64,000 bases of DNA from an uncultured Phycisphaerales bacterium (GCA_963758525.1 CAVWVQ010000003.1:3008001-3072000); one strand, 5' to 3'. Shown: positions 35,836 to 47,210, numbered from the stretch's first letter. A program made the numbers and translations. The notes: generated by a model from the sequence alone, not told the origin.

Positions 35836-35949
35836 TCGGAGCCGATCGCCACTTTCGAGCGCTACACCCCGCGATCGGCTTTTCCGATCATGCAGCTTGC
35901 AAATCCACGCTGTTGCGGCGACAACAGACGGCCAACCGCACCCTAACGC

Positions 35950-36912
35950 ATGCTTCTGAAAATCAAGCACCAAACCGATCTGACGTACTCCTCGCTGATC
36001 AGTGAATCCGTCATGGAGCTGAGGGTATCCCCGCGCCAGGAGCAGGATCAGCATCGGCTGTCTTTCACCCTGGCGGTGGGCCCGCCGACCTCCGCGCTCA
36101 GCTACTTTGACTGGCTCGGGAATACGGTTCACGCGTTCTCCGTGAATCCGGTGCATCGCCAGATCAAGATCGTCGCGACCAGCGTCGTGGAGACGGATCG
36201 GCCGCGCAAGCAGCCGGAGCGTTTTGCCGACACCTGGCCGCTTCCGCCGGGGTCGTTCGATTACAGCTTCTACGATTTCCTTCAGTTTGGCGGTCCGATC
36301 GTCGACGTGCCCAAGCTCCGCGAATTGATCGAGATCGTTCATCCGCAACCGGGCCAGTCGTTGGGCGAACTGGCGCTGCGCATGCTCCATCTCATCAACG
36401 AGAAATTCACCTATGAGAAGGGCGTCACCACCGCGGCCAGTCCGATCACCGACATCCTCGACGTCGGCTCGGGCGTCTGCCAGGATTTTAGTCATCTGAT
36501 GATCGCCCTGGCCCGCGCGATGAAGATCCCCGCGCGTTATGTCAGCGGGCTGATTCATCCCGACGCCCAGCGATATCGCGGCTTCACCCAGACCCACGCG
36601 TGGTGCGAACTGTACTTTCCCACGGCGGGCTGGATCGGGTTCGACCCTGCTAACAACTGCATCGTCGGCGGCAACTTCGTCAAAGTCGCCATCGGCCGGA
36701 ATTTCAACGACGTGCCGCCCAACAAGGGCCTGTATCGCGGGAACGCGAAGGAATCGATCGATGTGACAGTGCACAGCGAGGAGTTGACGCAGATCCCCTC
36801 GGAGCTGGCGGCCGAGCGCATGGAATCGCTGCCGATCCCAACGCTGTCGGAGGGGAGATTTGGCCCCAGGGCGCTGGCGCTGGCGAATCAGCAGGAACAA
36901 CAGCAGCAATAA
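35950..36912 (+). CDS. Transglutaminase family protein (Bact_transglu_N + core)
   Basis: GVCQDFSH, PARYVSG, HAWCE, GWIGFDPANN, GRNFNDVPP; Gln-rich C-terminus. Confidence 0.9.
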   Translation: MLLKIKHQTDLTYSSLISESVMELRVSPRQEQDQHRLSFTLAVGPPTSALSYFDWLGNTVHAFSVNPVHRQIKIVATSVVETDRPRKQPERFADTWPLPPGSFDYSFYDFLQFGGPIVDVPKLRELIEIVHPQPGQSLGELALRMLHLINEKFTYEKGVTTAASPITDILDVGSGVCQDFSHLMIALARAMKIPARYVSGLIHPDAQRYRGFTQTHAWCELYFPTAGWIGFDPANNCIVGGNFVKVAIGRNFNDVPPNKGLYRGNAKESIDVTVHSEELTQIPSELAAERMESLPIPTLSEGRFGPRALALANQQEQQQQ

Positions 36913-37073
36913 GGGGAAGGCACCGGGGGAAGGCACGAAGGCATTGAGGCACCAAGGCACGAAGGGGGAGGATGGGGAGGCGTTGCTGGAAATCCGAATG
37001 ACGATACTCGAAATCAGAGTCGAATTTTAATTCGAGGATTCTAGCTTCGACATTTGGACTTTTTTCGTGGCGT

Positions 37074-37879
37074 CTACTTCACTTCCTCCGTCCAAACAGT
37101 GAACTTTTCCAATATGGCTGCGCCAAACGATGTCGTCAGCGCCACGTCGCATGCGTCGCGGCCGCGGGCTTGCAGCACCCGGCCGATGCGCGGCTCGTTG
37201 TGACGGGCATCAAGCGTGTACCAGCGATGGCCGAGATAGACCTCGAACCACGCGGAGAAATCCATTGGGAACGGCGCGGGGGGACGCCGATGTCACCGAG
37301 ATAGCCGGTCGCGTAGCGGGCGGGAATGTTCAGCGCGCGGAGCAGCGTCACGGCCAGGTGCATGAAGTCCCGGCAGACGCCTTTGCGCTCGACGAATACG
37401 TCGTATGCAGTCTTGGTTGACCTGGCAAATTCATAGCCGAAGGTCACGTTGTTGAAGACCCAGTCCATGACCGCCTGGACCCGCTCCCACGTCGGGGGCG
37501 TCTGCCCGAAAAGTCCCCAGGCGGTGTCGAGCATCCGATCCACCTCGCAATATCGGCTGGCGAGCAGGAACTTGAGAATGTCCTTGGGCAATTCATCCAC
37601 CGGGTGCAGGCGGGCACCGTGAATCGTCGCTTCGTGAAGGCCGCTGTCCTGGGCGACGTTGTCGTAGAGAATGCGAAATTTCCCGGCCGGCGCGATCAGA
37701 CGCGCGGCCCGATTCCCGAACCAATCCTTGAAATCCTCAACCTTTACCTTGGGCTCGACGATCAGCCGTTGAGGCTTTTGCAGGACGTGAGCCTGCTCGG
37801 GATGGGTGTAAAGCATCACCAGCATCGAAACCGGAGCGGGAATATCGAAAATCAGCTCGAAGCCGATGTGAATCAGCAT
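37074..37879 (-). CDS. Transglutaminase family protein; frameshift near 37280
   Basis: GVCRDFMHL and IPARYATGYLGDIG, then MDFSAWFEVYLG and ARGRDACDVA in the second frame. Confidence 0.88.
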
Positions 37880-38040
37880 GATATCTTTCTGGTCTCTGGC
37901 GCGGTCCTTTCCGGCTCTGAGCGTAGCGGAGCGCGCAGTGGGGCGTCAACGACTGAATTGCGGCGCCCGCACGCTCGCCCTACCGGCTTTGCAAGTGGAT
38001 TGGTAGGATATCGGCTCGCGCTCGAAAGGACTCGGGAGAG

Positions 38041-38892
38041 ATGACGTATTGCCTTGGGATCGTAACGAAACATGGGCTGGTGATGGCCTCGGACTCGCGC
38101 ACCAACGCGGGGTACGATCAGGTCAACATCTGCAAGAAGATGCACACGTTCGTTCAGCCCGGCGAACGGGTCTTCGTCGCGCTGACCAGCGGGAGCCTGT
38201 CGCTCACGCAGTCGATTCTCACATTGCTGCGCCGTGACTTCGACGCCGGAAAAGGGTTGGCCTCGGCGAGTTCTCTCTACGACGCGGCCCGGGTGATCGG
38301 CGAGCAGGTTCGCCGCGTCTCGGACATGGACCGCGCTGCGCTGGAACGCGACGACTATCGCTTCAACGTGAACACGATTCTCGGAGGCCAGGTCAAAGGG
38401 GAGCCGCCCAGCCTGATGCTGATTTATCCGCAGGGCAATCCGCTGCAGGTCAGCGAGGATTCGCCCTATCTTCAAATTGGGGAAACCAAATACGGCCGGC
38501 CGATCCTCGATCGCGGTATCCGATACGATGTGACCACCCTCGAAGAAGCCGCCAAGTATGCGCTGCTTTCGCTCGACTCGACCATGAAATCGAATGTTAC
38601 GGTCGGCCCGCCGATCGACCTGCTGGCCTATCTTCCCGACGAACTGGACATCACCCGTCATCGGCGGTTTGAAAACGACGATCCGGATCTGAGCAAGATT
38701 CGCGTGAGGTGGGAAGGCGCATTGCGGCAGGCAATTTCACGACTGCCCGACGTTCGCTTCACAAGCCGTCGCGGCGCGGGACAAGCGCCCAATGACGACA
38801 CAATTCAGCTCGTGGAGCGTGCCGGGCAGTCGCTGGAGCCGACTGCGGAATTGCAGGCTCAACAGGCGCAGGAACGCCGGTCACAACGATAG
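38041..38892 (+). CDS. Proteasome-type protease (Anbu, Ntn hydrolase)
   Basis: MTYCLG N-terminal Thr, SDSRTNAG, QIGETKYGRPILDR, SLDSTMKSNVTVGPPID. Confidence 0.92.
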   Translation: MTYCLGIVTKHGLVMASDSRTNAGYDQVNICKKMHTFVQPGERVFVALTSGSLSLTQSILTLLRRDFDAGKGLASASSLYDAARVIGEQVRRVSDMDRAALERDDYRFNVNTILGGQVKGEPPSLMLIYPQGNPLQVSEDSPYLQIGETKYGRPILDRGIRYDVTTLEEAAKYALLSLDSTMKSNVTVGPPIDLLAYLPDELDITRHRRFENDDPDLSKIRVRWEGALRQAISRLPDVRFTSRRGAGQAPNDDTIQLVERAGQSLEPTAELQAQQAQERRSQR

Positions 38893-38896
38893 TCTA

Positions 38897-40715
38897 TTAA
38901 CGAGCGCTGTTCGCCCTTGAACTGACGCGATGAGGGCCGGCGGAGATCCCGTCAACCATGAGCGTCGCGTTCAACTGCTTTGCCTTCACGACTTTTCCGT
39001 CGAGAATCATGTCGTCGCTGGCGCCAGAGCGGGCGGGCAGCTCAACCGCTGCCGTCGCACCCGGCGGCACTTCAATGTCGAGACTTGCGGTGTCACTGTT
39101 CCACGACACACTCACCGCGCCCCGCGGAGTCGGCACCTTGCCGCGAATCCATTTCAATGCGCCGGGCTGCGGAGCAATGAGAATTTTCGTGTAACCCGGC
39201 TCAAGGGGACGTACGCCCAGGACATAACGCGAAATGATGTTTGCCGGCGCAACCCCACGCATGATTCCAGTCCAAATTGTGTTTGGATGCAGAATCCCAC
39301 GCCTCCAGAGTCATGGTGGAGCCCATTTCCATCATGTGCCACCAGCTGTGCACCGTTTTGGCCGTCATGAGCTGGATGGCGTACTCGTCCTTATCCGCGG
39401 CGAACATCGCCTCGAGCAGATACTGTGCGCCGTAAACGCTGCACGCCATCCCGCGCGATTGCACGAAATCGACGACTTTGGCTCTGCAGGGTTCGGGGAC
39501 AAGTCCGAAAGCCAGCGGAAACATGTTCCCATGAAGCGAATAGTGCGCGCTGCCTTCGCCGTCGGTGTAAAGCCCACGTTCTTTGTTGAAGAAGGCGCGA
39601 TTAAATGACTGGTAAACCTGTTTCGCCTTCGATTCCAACTGAGTCGCGTCGGTTTCCTTGTTCGAAAGCGCGCGAAGCAGCGCCATCTGTTGCAGCGCGT
39701 GATAATAGAATGCGTTTACGGCAGTGTTGTATTCCGGCCCCAACTGGCGACCGCGTTTCTCGCCGGGAAATGACTCATCGCCGCTATATCCGTCGCGGTA
39801 GGCCTTCGGCCAATCCACGATCGCTCCGGCGCGCAGCAGGCCGTCCGCGCGGGCCTTGTCCATCAGCAATTTGGATTTGAGTGCATCCCAGTGATCGCGC
39901 GCCAGTTGGATGTCGCCGGTGGCCATGTAATCTTCGGCGGCAATCATCGGCATGTGGAAGCTCCACTCCGTCGGCCAGGTTGGATGCTGCAGCAAATAGT
40001 CGAACGTGCAGCGGGCCACGCGCGGATCGAGATCGCAGGCATAAAACGAAAGCTGATTGATGTAAGCGTCCGCTTCGTATGGCGTTCGCTCGCGGTCGCC
40101 GTCAATGAAAATGCCAAAAGCCGATGTCGCCTCAATCGTGTGTTTGCAAAGATGCCATACGTTGTTCAGCATCTCGTCCGAACTTTCAAAGCCTGAGGCG
40201 CCGTCATTGAACGGTGCGTGAACGAATAACTGGATCGCGCCGGTCTTTTCCAAGCGCGGCAATGACTCGCCCTCGATTTCCGCGTAACGGAATGGAGCGA
40301 TCTCGCCGAGGCCCGGAGTTGGTTCGGACGCATTTCCCTTTGGATGTTTCACTGCAGGAAGATCGAGTTGATAACCTTGCTTGTCGGGCTGCAGTTTCAA
40401 GGTGCCTTCGCGAAAACTAACGGAGCCGCCCGGGCTGCGGTCGATCGCGCCGCCCGCATCCAACTTTTCGCCCAGGCGCACCTTCAATTCGGCCGGCAGG
40501 TCCGCGCCTGAACCGGACGTGGCAAGATCAATCTTCAAGCTGCCGTAAGCGTCTTCGCCAAAATCGGCGAAATAGACCGCGCCACGTTTCTCGAATCGCA
40601 CTGGCGCAACCGGCGTGATGTCCGGCTTGACGCGCTCGACCGCGACCGCCGAAGACGTCAACAACACGAGGATTGAAATCAGATTCAAGATCGAACGGGA
40701 TATTTGCACACACAA
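38897..40715 (-). CDS. Alpha-L-rhamnosidase family (GH78) protein; frameshift near 39253
   Basis: DFGEDAYG, DGDRERTPYEAD, EAWD...NHAWG, then PANIISRYVLGVRPLEPG in the second frame; start uncertain. Confidence 0.85.
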
Positions 40716-40822
40716 CTCCAGTCAACAATCTGTATCTGCGCCGCCCCGGATAATTCAGAGCGGAGTAGTCTGACTCCTGCGACTTCCGCCATTGCGTCTT
40801 CGTTGCGAGTTACCGTGCGTTG

Positions 40823-43411
40823 TCACCGAGTAGCGCTTGATCCATTTGTAGCCGGCGGCGATGACGCCGGATCGGGGTCACCGACCCCGACTACAGTGCT
40901 CGATATCCGCGCCGTCGCCGGCGCCAATCCTTCTCGGGTTGCCGTGAGGGTGATCTCGCCGGGTTGCAAGGTTGAACGAACCGCGACGCGATTGATCCCG
41001 CACTCGGTATTCAGATAGAGATTGTTCGTCGAGTTGGGAATACCGCTGTTATATCCCCCACGCCAGATGGCTGGACCCGTAAGCTTGAAATCCACCCGTG
41101 CTTCATCCGTCGGGCAACGGCGACCTTGCGCATCGACCGCTTCGACATCGAACAGCACAACGTCCTCGCCGTCCGCTTTTAGGCCGCCCGGTCCGGTGAT
41201 CGGCGTCAGTTTCAGACTCTTTGCCGGGCCGGCCGTCTCAATCTTCTGCTGAGCGACCACTTTCCCCGACGAGATAGCGACTGCCTTAATCTCGCCTGGG
41301 ACGAAAACAATTTCCGGGAAGGAATAGATGTAGCCGTCGGTGGGCGTGCTCTGCTTTCCCTTCGACTGTCCGTTAACGAACAGCTCCACGGAGTCGCAAT
41401 GGCTGGCGGCAACATACACGGTCTTGTGTGTGCCCCGGGGGTAGGTCCAATGCCCGATGACGTGTAAGTCGGGAGACTCATTCTGCATCACGCGATAGAC
41501 AAAATAAGCTTCCTTCGGCAGACGGACTGAATCCACTTTCCCACTCACCCGGCAGACCTCGCTGGAGTCCTGACGCCCATCAGCATTCGAATCCGAGAAG
41601 TAGATCGAGGCGTAGCCGGCCCACTTGGAATGAGACGGATCGGTGTTTGAAATCTTGTTCAGTTCGTAGTCGTGATAGCGTGTTGCTGCCGCCAGCGCGA
41701 ACGTCTCTGAATTCAGATGCCAGGTGTCATTCGGTCCCGGCTTGAACCCCATGTGCGGCGGTGAAAAATCGTCCCAGAACCGCCGCGAAGATTCTTCCCG
41801 GAAATCCTCCGCCTCAAGGAACGGCGCGCGATCGCGACGCTCGGCGCTGTAGCCGCGGAACAAGTCGGCCGGGCTTTTCAGCTTGTCGGTGCGCGGATCC
41901 TGGCCGATCATCACGCCGAAGTACTCGGCGATCGGCGTCGCTTCGCGATCGTTGAGCGATCGGCAACCCAACGCGCGGCCGCCATGCGGATCGTATTGTT
42001 TGCGCAGGTCCAGCATCTGCTGCAAGTGTGCGGCGCTGATGTGATTGTTGCCCGCTTCCCAGAACAGGATGCTCGGCTGATTGCGGAAATAGATCATCGA
42101 GTCGCGCATCACCTCCACCCGCTGCTCCCACTGGCGACCCTCAACGTCCCCTTCCTTGTCGCCGGCGGGGCATATTTCCACGATGCCCGCGCGGTCAAGT
42201 GCCTCCACATCCACCCGCTGCGGGGAGGTGTGCATCCACCGAACATAGTTGCCATGACTCGCGCGAATCATCGAAGCGGTCAGATCGTGCATCCATTCGG
42301 GATACGCCTGCCCAAGCCCGGCCCAGTCGTTGACCGAGCGCTGCGCGTACCCTTTGAGGTAGACGAACTTGTCGTTGAGCCAGAGGCCCCCCTTCCCCAC
42401 TCCGCCCCTGAACTCACCCTTGCGAAAGCCGGTCTTTATCCTGCAGACATCGACCGGCTTCCCGTCGACCAGGAGGATGGAATAGACATCGTAGAGATAC
42501 GGATCTTCGACGCTCCAGAAGCGCGCGCCCGTCAACGGACCGCTGGCCGTCACCACGTCCTTTTGCCCATTCACCAGGTCCGATGCTTCACCGCCGAACT
42601 TCGCCCGCACAATTCCCGCGCCATCCACCACGAAGACGTTCAGCGTGATCGATTGATTGTCCGTCTCCTCATTGCAGACCTGCGCCTCGACCGTCACTTT
42701 CGCCGTCTTCGCGGCAACATTGAAGTCCTCCGCATACACGTACACGCCCGTCGTTTTGAGGTTCTCGAATAGCGGAAGCGTCTGATAGACCTTGCCAGTC
42801 AGGTGCAGCCACAATCTTCGATTCAGTCCACCATAATTGGGATTGAACGCACTCCCTTCCCACTCGTAGCCCGTACCGGTTGACTCTTCCTGATAATCCT
42901 TCGAGTTGTCCACCTTGACCGCGAGAACATTCTCCTCGTCACCAAAGCGGGCAAATGGCGTCAGATCGAAGCCCGCGCCGGTGATGCCGTTTTCGCATTT
43001 GCCAACCGGCTGGCCGTTCAGAAAGAACCGGCCGGCCTGTCGCATTCCTTCAGATTCGAGGAAGACTTTCCCACCTTTCGCACTGGCCGGTAGTTTGAAG
43101 TGCCTTCGATACCATCCCACCCCCATGTACTCACCGCTCTTGTCGCCGCTGCTGTGACTGATGAACGAGCGGTAGGTGTCCGTGTCGTTCCAGGTGTGTG
43201 GCGTGCTGACGGTGCTCCACTTGCTGTCATCGAAACTCGCCGCTTCCGCGCCAGGGGCATCGCTGCGCACGAACTTCCAGCCTACGTTAAAATCCAGAGT
43301 TTGCCGTGCCGTCAGCGGCGGGGAGTAGGCCGGTCCTTCCGCCATGGCGGGCCGGAGGAAGCAGACCCAAAGAAAGAGGGCAAAGAGAACTGAAATCCGA
43401 TGCGGTTTCAT
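40823..43411 (-). CDS. Glycoside hydrolase family 2 (beta-galactosidase-like, DUF4982)
   Basis: FNVGWKF, GWYRRHF, NYGGLNR, RNQPSILFWEAGN, Ig-like C-terminal domains. Confidence 0.88.
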   Translation of the reverse strand: MKPHRISVLFALFLWVCFLRPAMAEGPAYSPPLTARQTLDFNVGWKFVRSDAPGAEAASFDDSKWSTVSTPHTWNDTDTYRSFISHSSGDKSGEYMGVGWYRRHFKLPASAKGGKVFLESEGMRQAGRFFLNGQPVGKCENGITGAGFDLTPFARFGDEENVLAVKVDNSKDYQEESTGTGYEWEGSAFNPNYGGLNRRLWLHLTGKVYQTLPLFENLKTTGVYVYAEDFNVAAKTAKVTVEAQVCNEETDNQSITLNVFVVDGAGIVRAKFGGEASDLVNGQKDVVTASGPLTGARFWSVEDPYLYDVYSILLVDGKPVDVCRIKTGFRKGEFRGGVGKGGLWLNDKFVYLKGYAQRSVNDWAGLGQAYPEWMHDLTASMIRASHGNYVRWMHTSPQRVDVEALDRAGIVEICPAGDKEGDVEGRQWEQRVEVMRDSMIYFRNQPSILFWEAGNNHISAAHLQQMLDLRKQYDPHGGRALGCRSLNDREATPIAEYFGVMIGQDPRTDKLKSPADLFRGYSAERRDRAPFLEAEDFREESSRRFWDDFSPPHMGFKPGPNDTWHLNSETFALAAATRYHDYELNKISNTDPSHSKWAGYASIYFSDSNADGRQDSSEVCRVSGKVDSVRLPKEAYFVYRVMQNESPDLHVIGHWTYPRGTHKTVYVAASHCDSVELFVNGQSKGKQSTPTDGYIYSFPEIVFVPGEIKAVAISSGKVVAQQKIETAGPAKSLKLTPITGPGGLKADGEDVVLFDVEAVDAQGRRCPTDEARVDFKLTGPAIWRGGYNSGIPNSTNNLYLNTECGINRVAVRSTLQPGEITLTATREGLAPATARISSTVVGVGDPDPASSPPATNGSSATR

Positions 43412-43495
43412 GTCGAACCCTCGGTCGGTAAGCGTGTGGGGAATTCCGGTTGGACGGGAGCGGAGATCATCTCGCTTTAATCAATACTGAGTCAC

Positions 43496-44002
43496 TCATT
43501 GGGAAGACGGCATCACCTGAACCAACTTCCGGGTCGATCCGTCAGGGCAGACGGTCCTCTGCGCCTTCTCGTATTCCTTTGCCGTATTCGGCGTCAGCTT
43601 GATCCAGGCAGCGACGCCGGGTCGCTTCACCATCTCATGAAGTTCAACCCTTACGTATCCACGGCGTTCCAACGGCGCGCTTGCAATCTTCTGCCTGTCG
43701 TCCTCGTCGTATCCGGCGAGATAGCTCACAAAAGGCTTCCCATCATCGCATCGATAGACCTCGACGCGATACGCTAGCTTGCCGTTATGATCGAAGGGTG
43801 GAACATTGCCGGCATCGTCCTCGAACCATGTCTTTCCATCATCGTCGGAATAAAAGTCCTTCGCGGTGATGGACGGAAGATTCGCGCCGCTGTGGGAGAG
43901 TTGGCGCCAGATCAGCAGGACGCCGATCACAATCAGCGCGGCGGCGACAATCACCGCGGATGTCCCGTTTTTTGAAAGCAGTCTCCGGATATCCATCGCC
44001 AT
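43496..44002 (-). CDS. Membrane-anchored hypothetical protein (FYxDDDG..VPPFDH..KRPG..CPDGS family)
   Basis: Single N-terminal TM; paralog at 61201-61653. Confidence 0.8.
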   Translation of the reverse strand: MAMDIRRLLSKNGTSAVIVAAALIVIGVLLIWRQLSHSGANLPSITAKDFYSDDDGKTWFEDDAGNVPPFDHNGKLAYRVEVYRCDDGKPFVSYLAGYDEDDRQKIASAPLERRGYVRVELHEMVKRPGVAAWIKLTPNTAKEYEKAQRTVCPDGSTRKLVQVMPSSQ

Positions 44003-44050
44003 ATTCCCATAACCCAGGATCTGATTTGAATGGAATGATCAGCGTGTCCG

Positions 44051-44995
44051 TCAGGGTAATGTGTCTGGCAGTTCGTTCGTGCCGTACGGGATTCGGTTGT
44101 TGCCGAAAGAGCGTATTCCATAGTTGTTCGCGAAGTCGTAGTTCGCGGACTGGACCATGATGGACTGCTTGAATGGATTCAGTCCGTCGGCCTTTGTCTC
44201 CAAAAAGTCGATGGCTGCGCACGCCTCCCAGACCTGATTGTAACCGTTCGTACCCCAATTGCTCTGGATGTATTGGTACAACTCCCTGCTCTCGACAAAC
44301 TCGACGTGGCCGTCAGTGAAACCCATGTTCCACCCTGCTGATCCAGAGTTGTTCGTGTGAGTGATCGAGTCAGGCCACCAGATGCTGTCGATCACAAGTG
44401 CCCTGTTTCTGGGGAAGGCACTCAACTTTGTAAAGCGTGTTGCGCTGCCATTGGGTCCTGCCCGGAGGTGCGGATTATAAAAGTAACTGGAGACCGCGTT
44501 TGCAGGGGAAGCGGTTGCGCCGGATTGAGTGGAAGGACACCAAAGCCACGGCACATTGGTGTTTGCGCCGTCCACCACCCAGCCGCCGCTTAGATAGCCG
44601 AGCGACACCAACCGGCCAATATTAGCAGTGGTGATGTGCTGCGCCGCGTGGTTATCGTAGTTGTATGAATTGTACCAAGCCCAGGTCTGCGTCCCCAGAG
44701 AACCGATGTCGCCCCAGCCATTGAAGTTGGGGCCTTCCGGACTCGCTTCATTTCGCCATCGCTCAGGCAACCCGCCCTTGTAGTCCAGCGCGTAAGTGAG
44801 GCTGGCCGTTACGATCTGGCGCAAATTGCTTGCACAGGTGATCTGTTGCGCGCTGCGCCGCGCATTGGATAGCGCCGGAAGAAGAATAGAGATGAGCAGC
44901 GCGATGATTCCAATGACGAAAAGCAGTTCGACCAGCGTAAATCCGGTTCGGGATGGTTTTCCGGGTGAAAAACTGAGTCTGCCATCGGCTTTCAT
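44051..44995 (-). CDS. Prepilin-type N-terminal cleavage/methylation protein with an H-X9-DG C-terminal motif (DUF1559-like)
   Basis: [46 protein letters not shown]. Confidence 0.9.
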   Translation of the reverse strand: MKADGRLSFSPGKPSRTGFTLVELLFVIGIIALLISILLPALSNARRSAQQITCASNLRQIVTASLTYALDYKGGLPERWRNEASPEGPNFNGWGDIGSLGTQTWAWYNSYNYDNHAAQHITTANIGRLVSLGYLSGGWVVDGANTNVPWLWCPSTQSGATASPANAVSSYFYNPHLRAGPNGSATRFTKLSAFPRNRALVIDSIWWPDSITHTNNSGSAGWNMGFTDGHVEFVESRELYQYIQSNWGTNGYNQVWEACAAIDFLETKADGLNPFKQSIMVQSANYDFANNYGIRSFGNNRIPYGTNELPDTLP

Positions 44996-45040
44996 AAAAC
45001 CTCCAGTTCAAGTCATGTCGCTGGCGCATCTTCGCATTCA

Positions 45041-46693
45041 TCAGGGCGTTAGGCGACTAGTTGTCTTCAAAACGGCGTCGGCCAGCATTGTTCCTTCCAT
45101 CAGGCCCCGCCCCGCTTCGGTGATGGCAACGGTGAGGAACCGGTCATCGGGCCGCAGCGCCGCCTCGATCGGAAATGCGCCGTTCACACTCGAGAACGTC
45201 TTCTGGAAGCGCGCTTGGCCATCGACGATGAGGTACAAATTCCCCCTCGGCTGTTTTGAAGCCTCCGGGAAAATGCTGCTTACCAGGCAATGGAAGCTCG
45301 CCAGTGCAATACCTGGGTGCAATCGGCGAATCGCCGCCAGATCCAGGGTCAGGCCGCGGTTGGTAACCATGTAAAGCACGCTGTGCTCCGGGCCGGCGTA
45401 TCGATTCAGCAGCGGCGCGCTCTTGCCCGACAGCGACGGAATGCGCCCGCCGGTACAGATGTTCTGCACGCTCCTGTTGCTGGTGCTGCGGAATGCGAAC
45501 GTATGCAAAGCCGAATCGACCTGTACCGGCCCGTGAGTTCCGTCAGGAATGAAACACCCATCAAGGATCGGCGTGCCGGTGATCCGGTGATAGATGTTGT
45601 CGCCCGCGACATCCCCCACCTGCTCGAACACCCCCACGTGACCCATCGAATCGATGTCCATTCCGCGCCGCCGGGTGGTGCCGTCGCCGCCCGAGATCAG
45701 GTCGACAACGTCCAACGTGGTCGGCTCATCACTCAAATTTCGGACGAATCGTTGCGGCTGCACACCGGCGGGATCGATCTTCAAATCGGTCCCCGTTGCA
45801 TTGGCAGCCTGACCTTCAGTCAGCACCAGAGTGGCTGACGAATTGCCAATTCGCGGCTCAACGCGCACACTTCCCTTGAAGACCTCGATCGCGTCGGATC
45901 CGTCGGCGCTGACCTCCACGCCAAATTCCGTACCCAGATCGACGACTCGCGTGATAGCTGTTTCAACTGCGAAACCGACAGCGGCGGGCGGCACTTTCGC
46001 CGTAAGCTGACCTGCAGTCAGCTCGACAGCGTTGGCGGCCCGGACTTGGAACCGCGCCGGCGCCTCAACGACCATCGTGGCGCCGGTGTCGAATTTGATC
46101 TCGGCGACACCGCTTTCCAGAACCAGCGGCGTTGCGGGCAGTCGTTGGTCCGCCTGAAGCGCGCCGGTCGTGCCGCTCCATTGTGCATTGACACTTGATG
46201 CGACGGTCGCGAAGGAGCGCGGCCGGGCAATCTGCCAATAAATCGCAAGACCAGCCAGCAGTGGGATCATGATCGAGGCGGCCCAGAGCCAGCGGGATCG
46301 AAGGATGCGAAGTGATCGTGCCGGCGGCACGATAACGGTAGCCGCCGGCAGCGCCGACTGAGTTTCGTCACGTTCGGGCTCAGGATTCAGCGCCGGTAGA
46401 ATCATCGACTCATTGAAATCAACACGTCGCGGCCATTCCGGCAAGTCATCTAGCTTGGTTTGGTCCCCCGCGGGGCCACTGCCGGTGCTGGCGCCTTCCG
46501 AAACCGCTTCAATCAGGGCCGACCCGGTGAGACATAATCGAACAAATGCCGCGCGCTTGGCGGGATCTGTTCTGAGCTGCGCCTGGAGCTTCTCAACGCC
46601 ATCCGTGCCAAGTTCGCCCTCCAGGTAGCAAAGCGACAAGCGCAGGAACTCGGGGTCTGCTTCCGAGAGACGGGCGGGGGGCTGTTTAGACAT
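45041..46693 (-). CDS. FecR-domain anti-sigma factor
   Basis: N-terminal YLEGEL, TM segment, LESGVAEIKF, VVDLGTEFGV; C-terminal carbohydrate-binding-like domain. Confidence 0.85.
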   Translation of the reverse strand: MSKQPPARLSEADPEFLRLSLCYLEGELGTDGVEKLQAQLRTDPAKRAAFVRLCLTGSALIEAVSEGASTGSGPAGDQTKLDDLPEWPRRVDFNESMILPALNPEPERDETQSALPAATVIVPPARSLRILRSRWLWAASIMIPLLAGLAIYWQIARPRSFATVASSVNAQWSGTTGALQADQRLPATPLVLESGVAEIKFDTGATMVVEAPARFQVRAANAVELTAGQLTAKVPPAAVGFAVETAITRVVDLGTEFGVEVSADGSDAIEVFKGSVRVEPRIGNSSATLVLTEGQAANATGTDLKIDPAGVQPQRFVRNLSDEPTTLDVVDLISGGDGTTRRRGMDIDSMGHVGVFEQVGDVAGDNIYHRITGTPILDGCFIPDGTHGPVQVDSALHTFAFRSTSNRSVQNICTGGRIPSLSGKSAPLLNRYAGPEHSVLYMVTNRGLTLDLAAIRRLHPGIALASFHCLVSSIFPEASKQPRGNLYLIVDGQARFQKTFSSVNGAFPIEAALRPDDRFLTVAITEAGRGLMEGTMLADAVLKTTSRLTP

Positions 46694-47210
46694 GCTCTCC
46701 ACCTTTCAGTGCGATCTGTCTGGAAACGCAATCAGCCAGCACCGCGTAAATCCGGCTGAATGTCGTGTAGAGACTCACCACCGGGCGATTTAACTCCTTT
46801 GCCAGATCGGCGTACTTGGCCTTTTCAGTATATCGTCGGTGGATGAGGCCACGCGCGTTGGGAGGGAGTCTGTCCACGCACCGCCGCATGGCGGCGGCCA
46901 TCAGCTCACTGTCGTCCTGATCGTGTCCCTCCCATTCCACTTCCAGGGCTTCCATGAGATCGTCGTCGAGCGAAAGATGGCGCTGCCCCTGTTGGCGAAG
47001 CACGTTCAACGCCCGCAGTCGGGCCGCGGTCCGCAGCCAGTTGAGAAAATGTCCCTCATCGCGAATGCTGTCGCGCTTTTCGATCGCCAGCACGCAGATG
47101 TCCTGAAAGACGTCCTCCGCCAGCTCGTAGCGCCGGACCATCGACCGGATAAAGGCCAGGACCTTCACCCGCTCGGAAACCAGAAGTCGAACTAGCTGGT
47201 CCTCTTTCAT
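46686..47210 (-). CDS. ECF RNA polymerase sigma-70 factor
   Basis: AEDVFQD, FLNWLRTAAR, CVDRLPPNAR..RY, region 4 HTH; overlaps the FecR gene. Confidence 0.9.
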   Translation of the reverse strand: MKEDQLVRLLVSERVKVLAFIRSMVRRYELAEDVFQDICVLAIEKRDSIRDEGHFLNWLRTAARLRALNVLRQQGQRHLSLDDDLMEALEVEWEGHDQDDSELMAAAMRRCVDRLPPNARGLIHRRYTEKAKYADLAKELNRPVVSLYTTFSRIYAVLADCVSRQIALKGGEHV

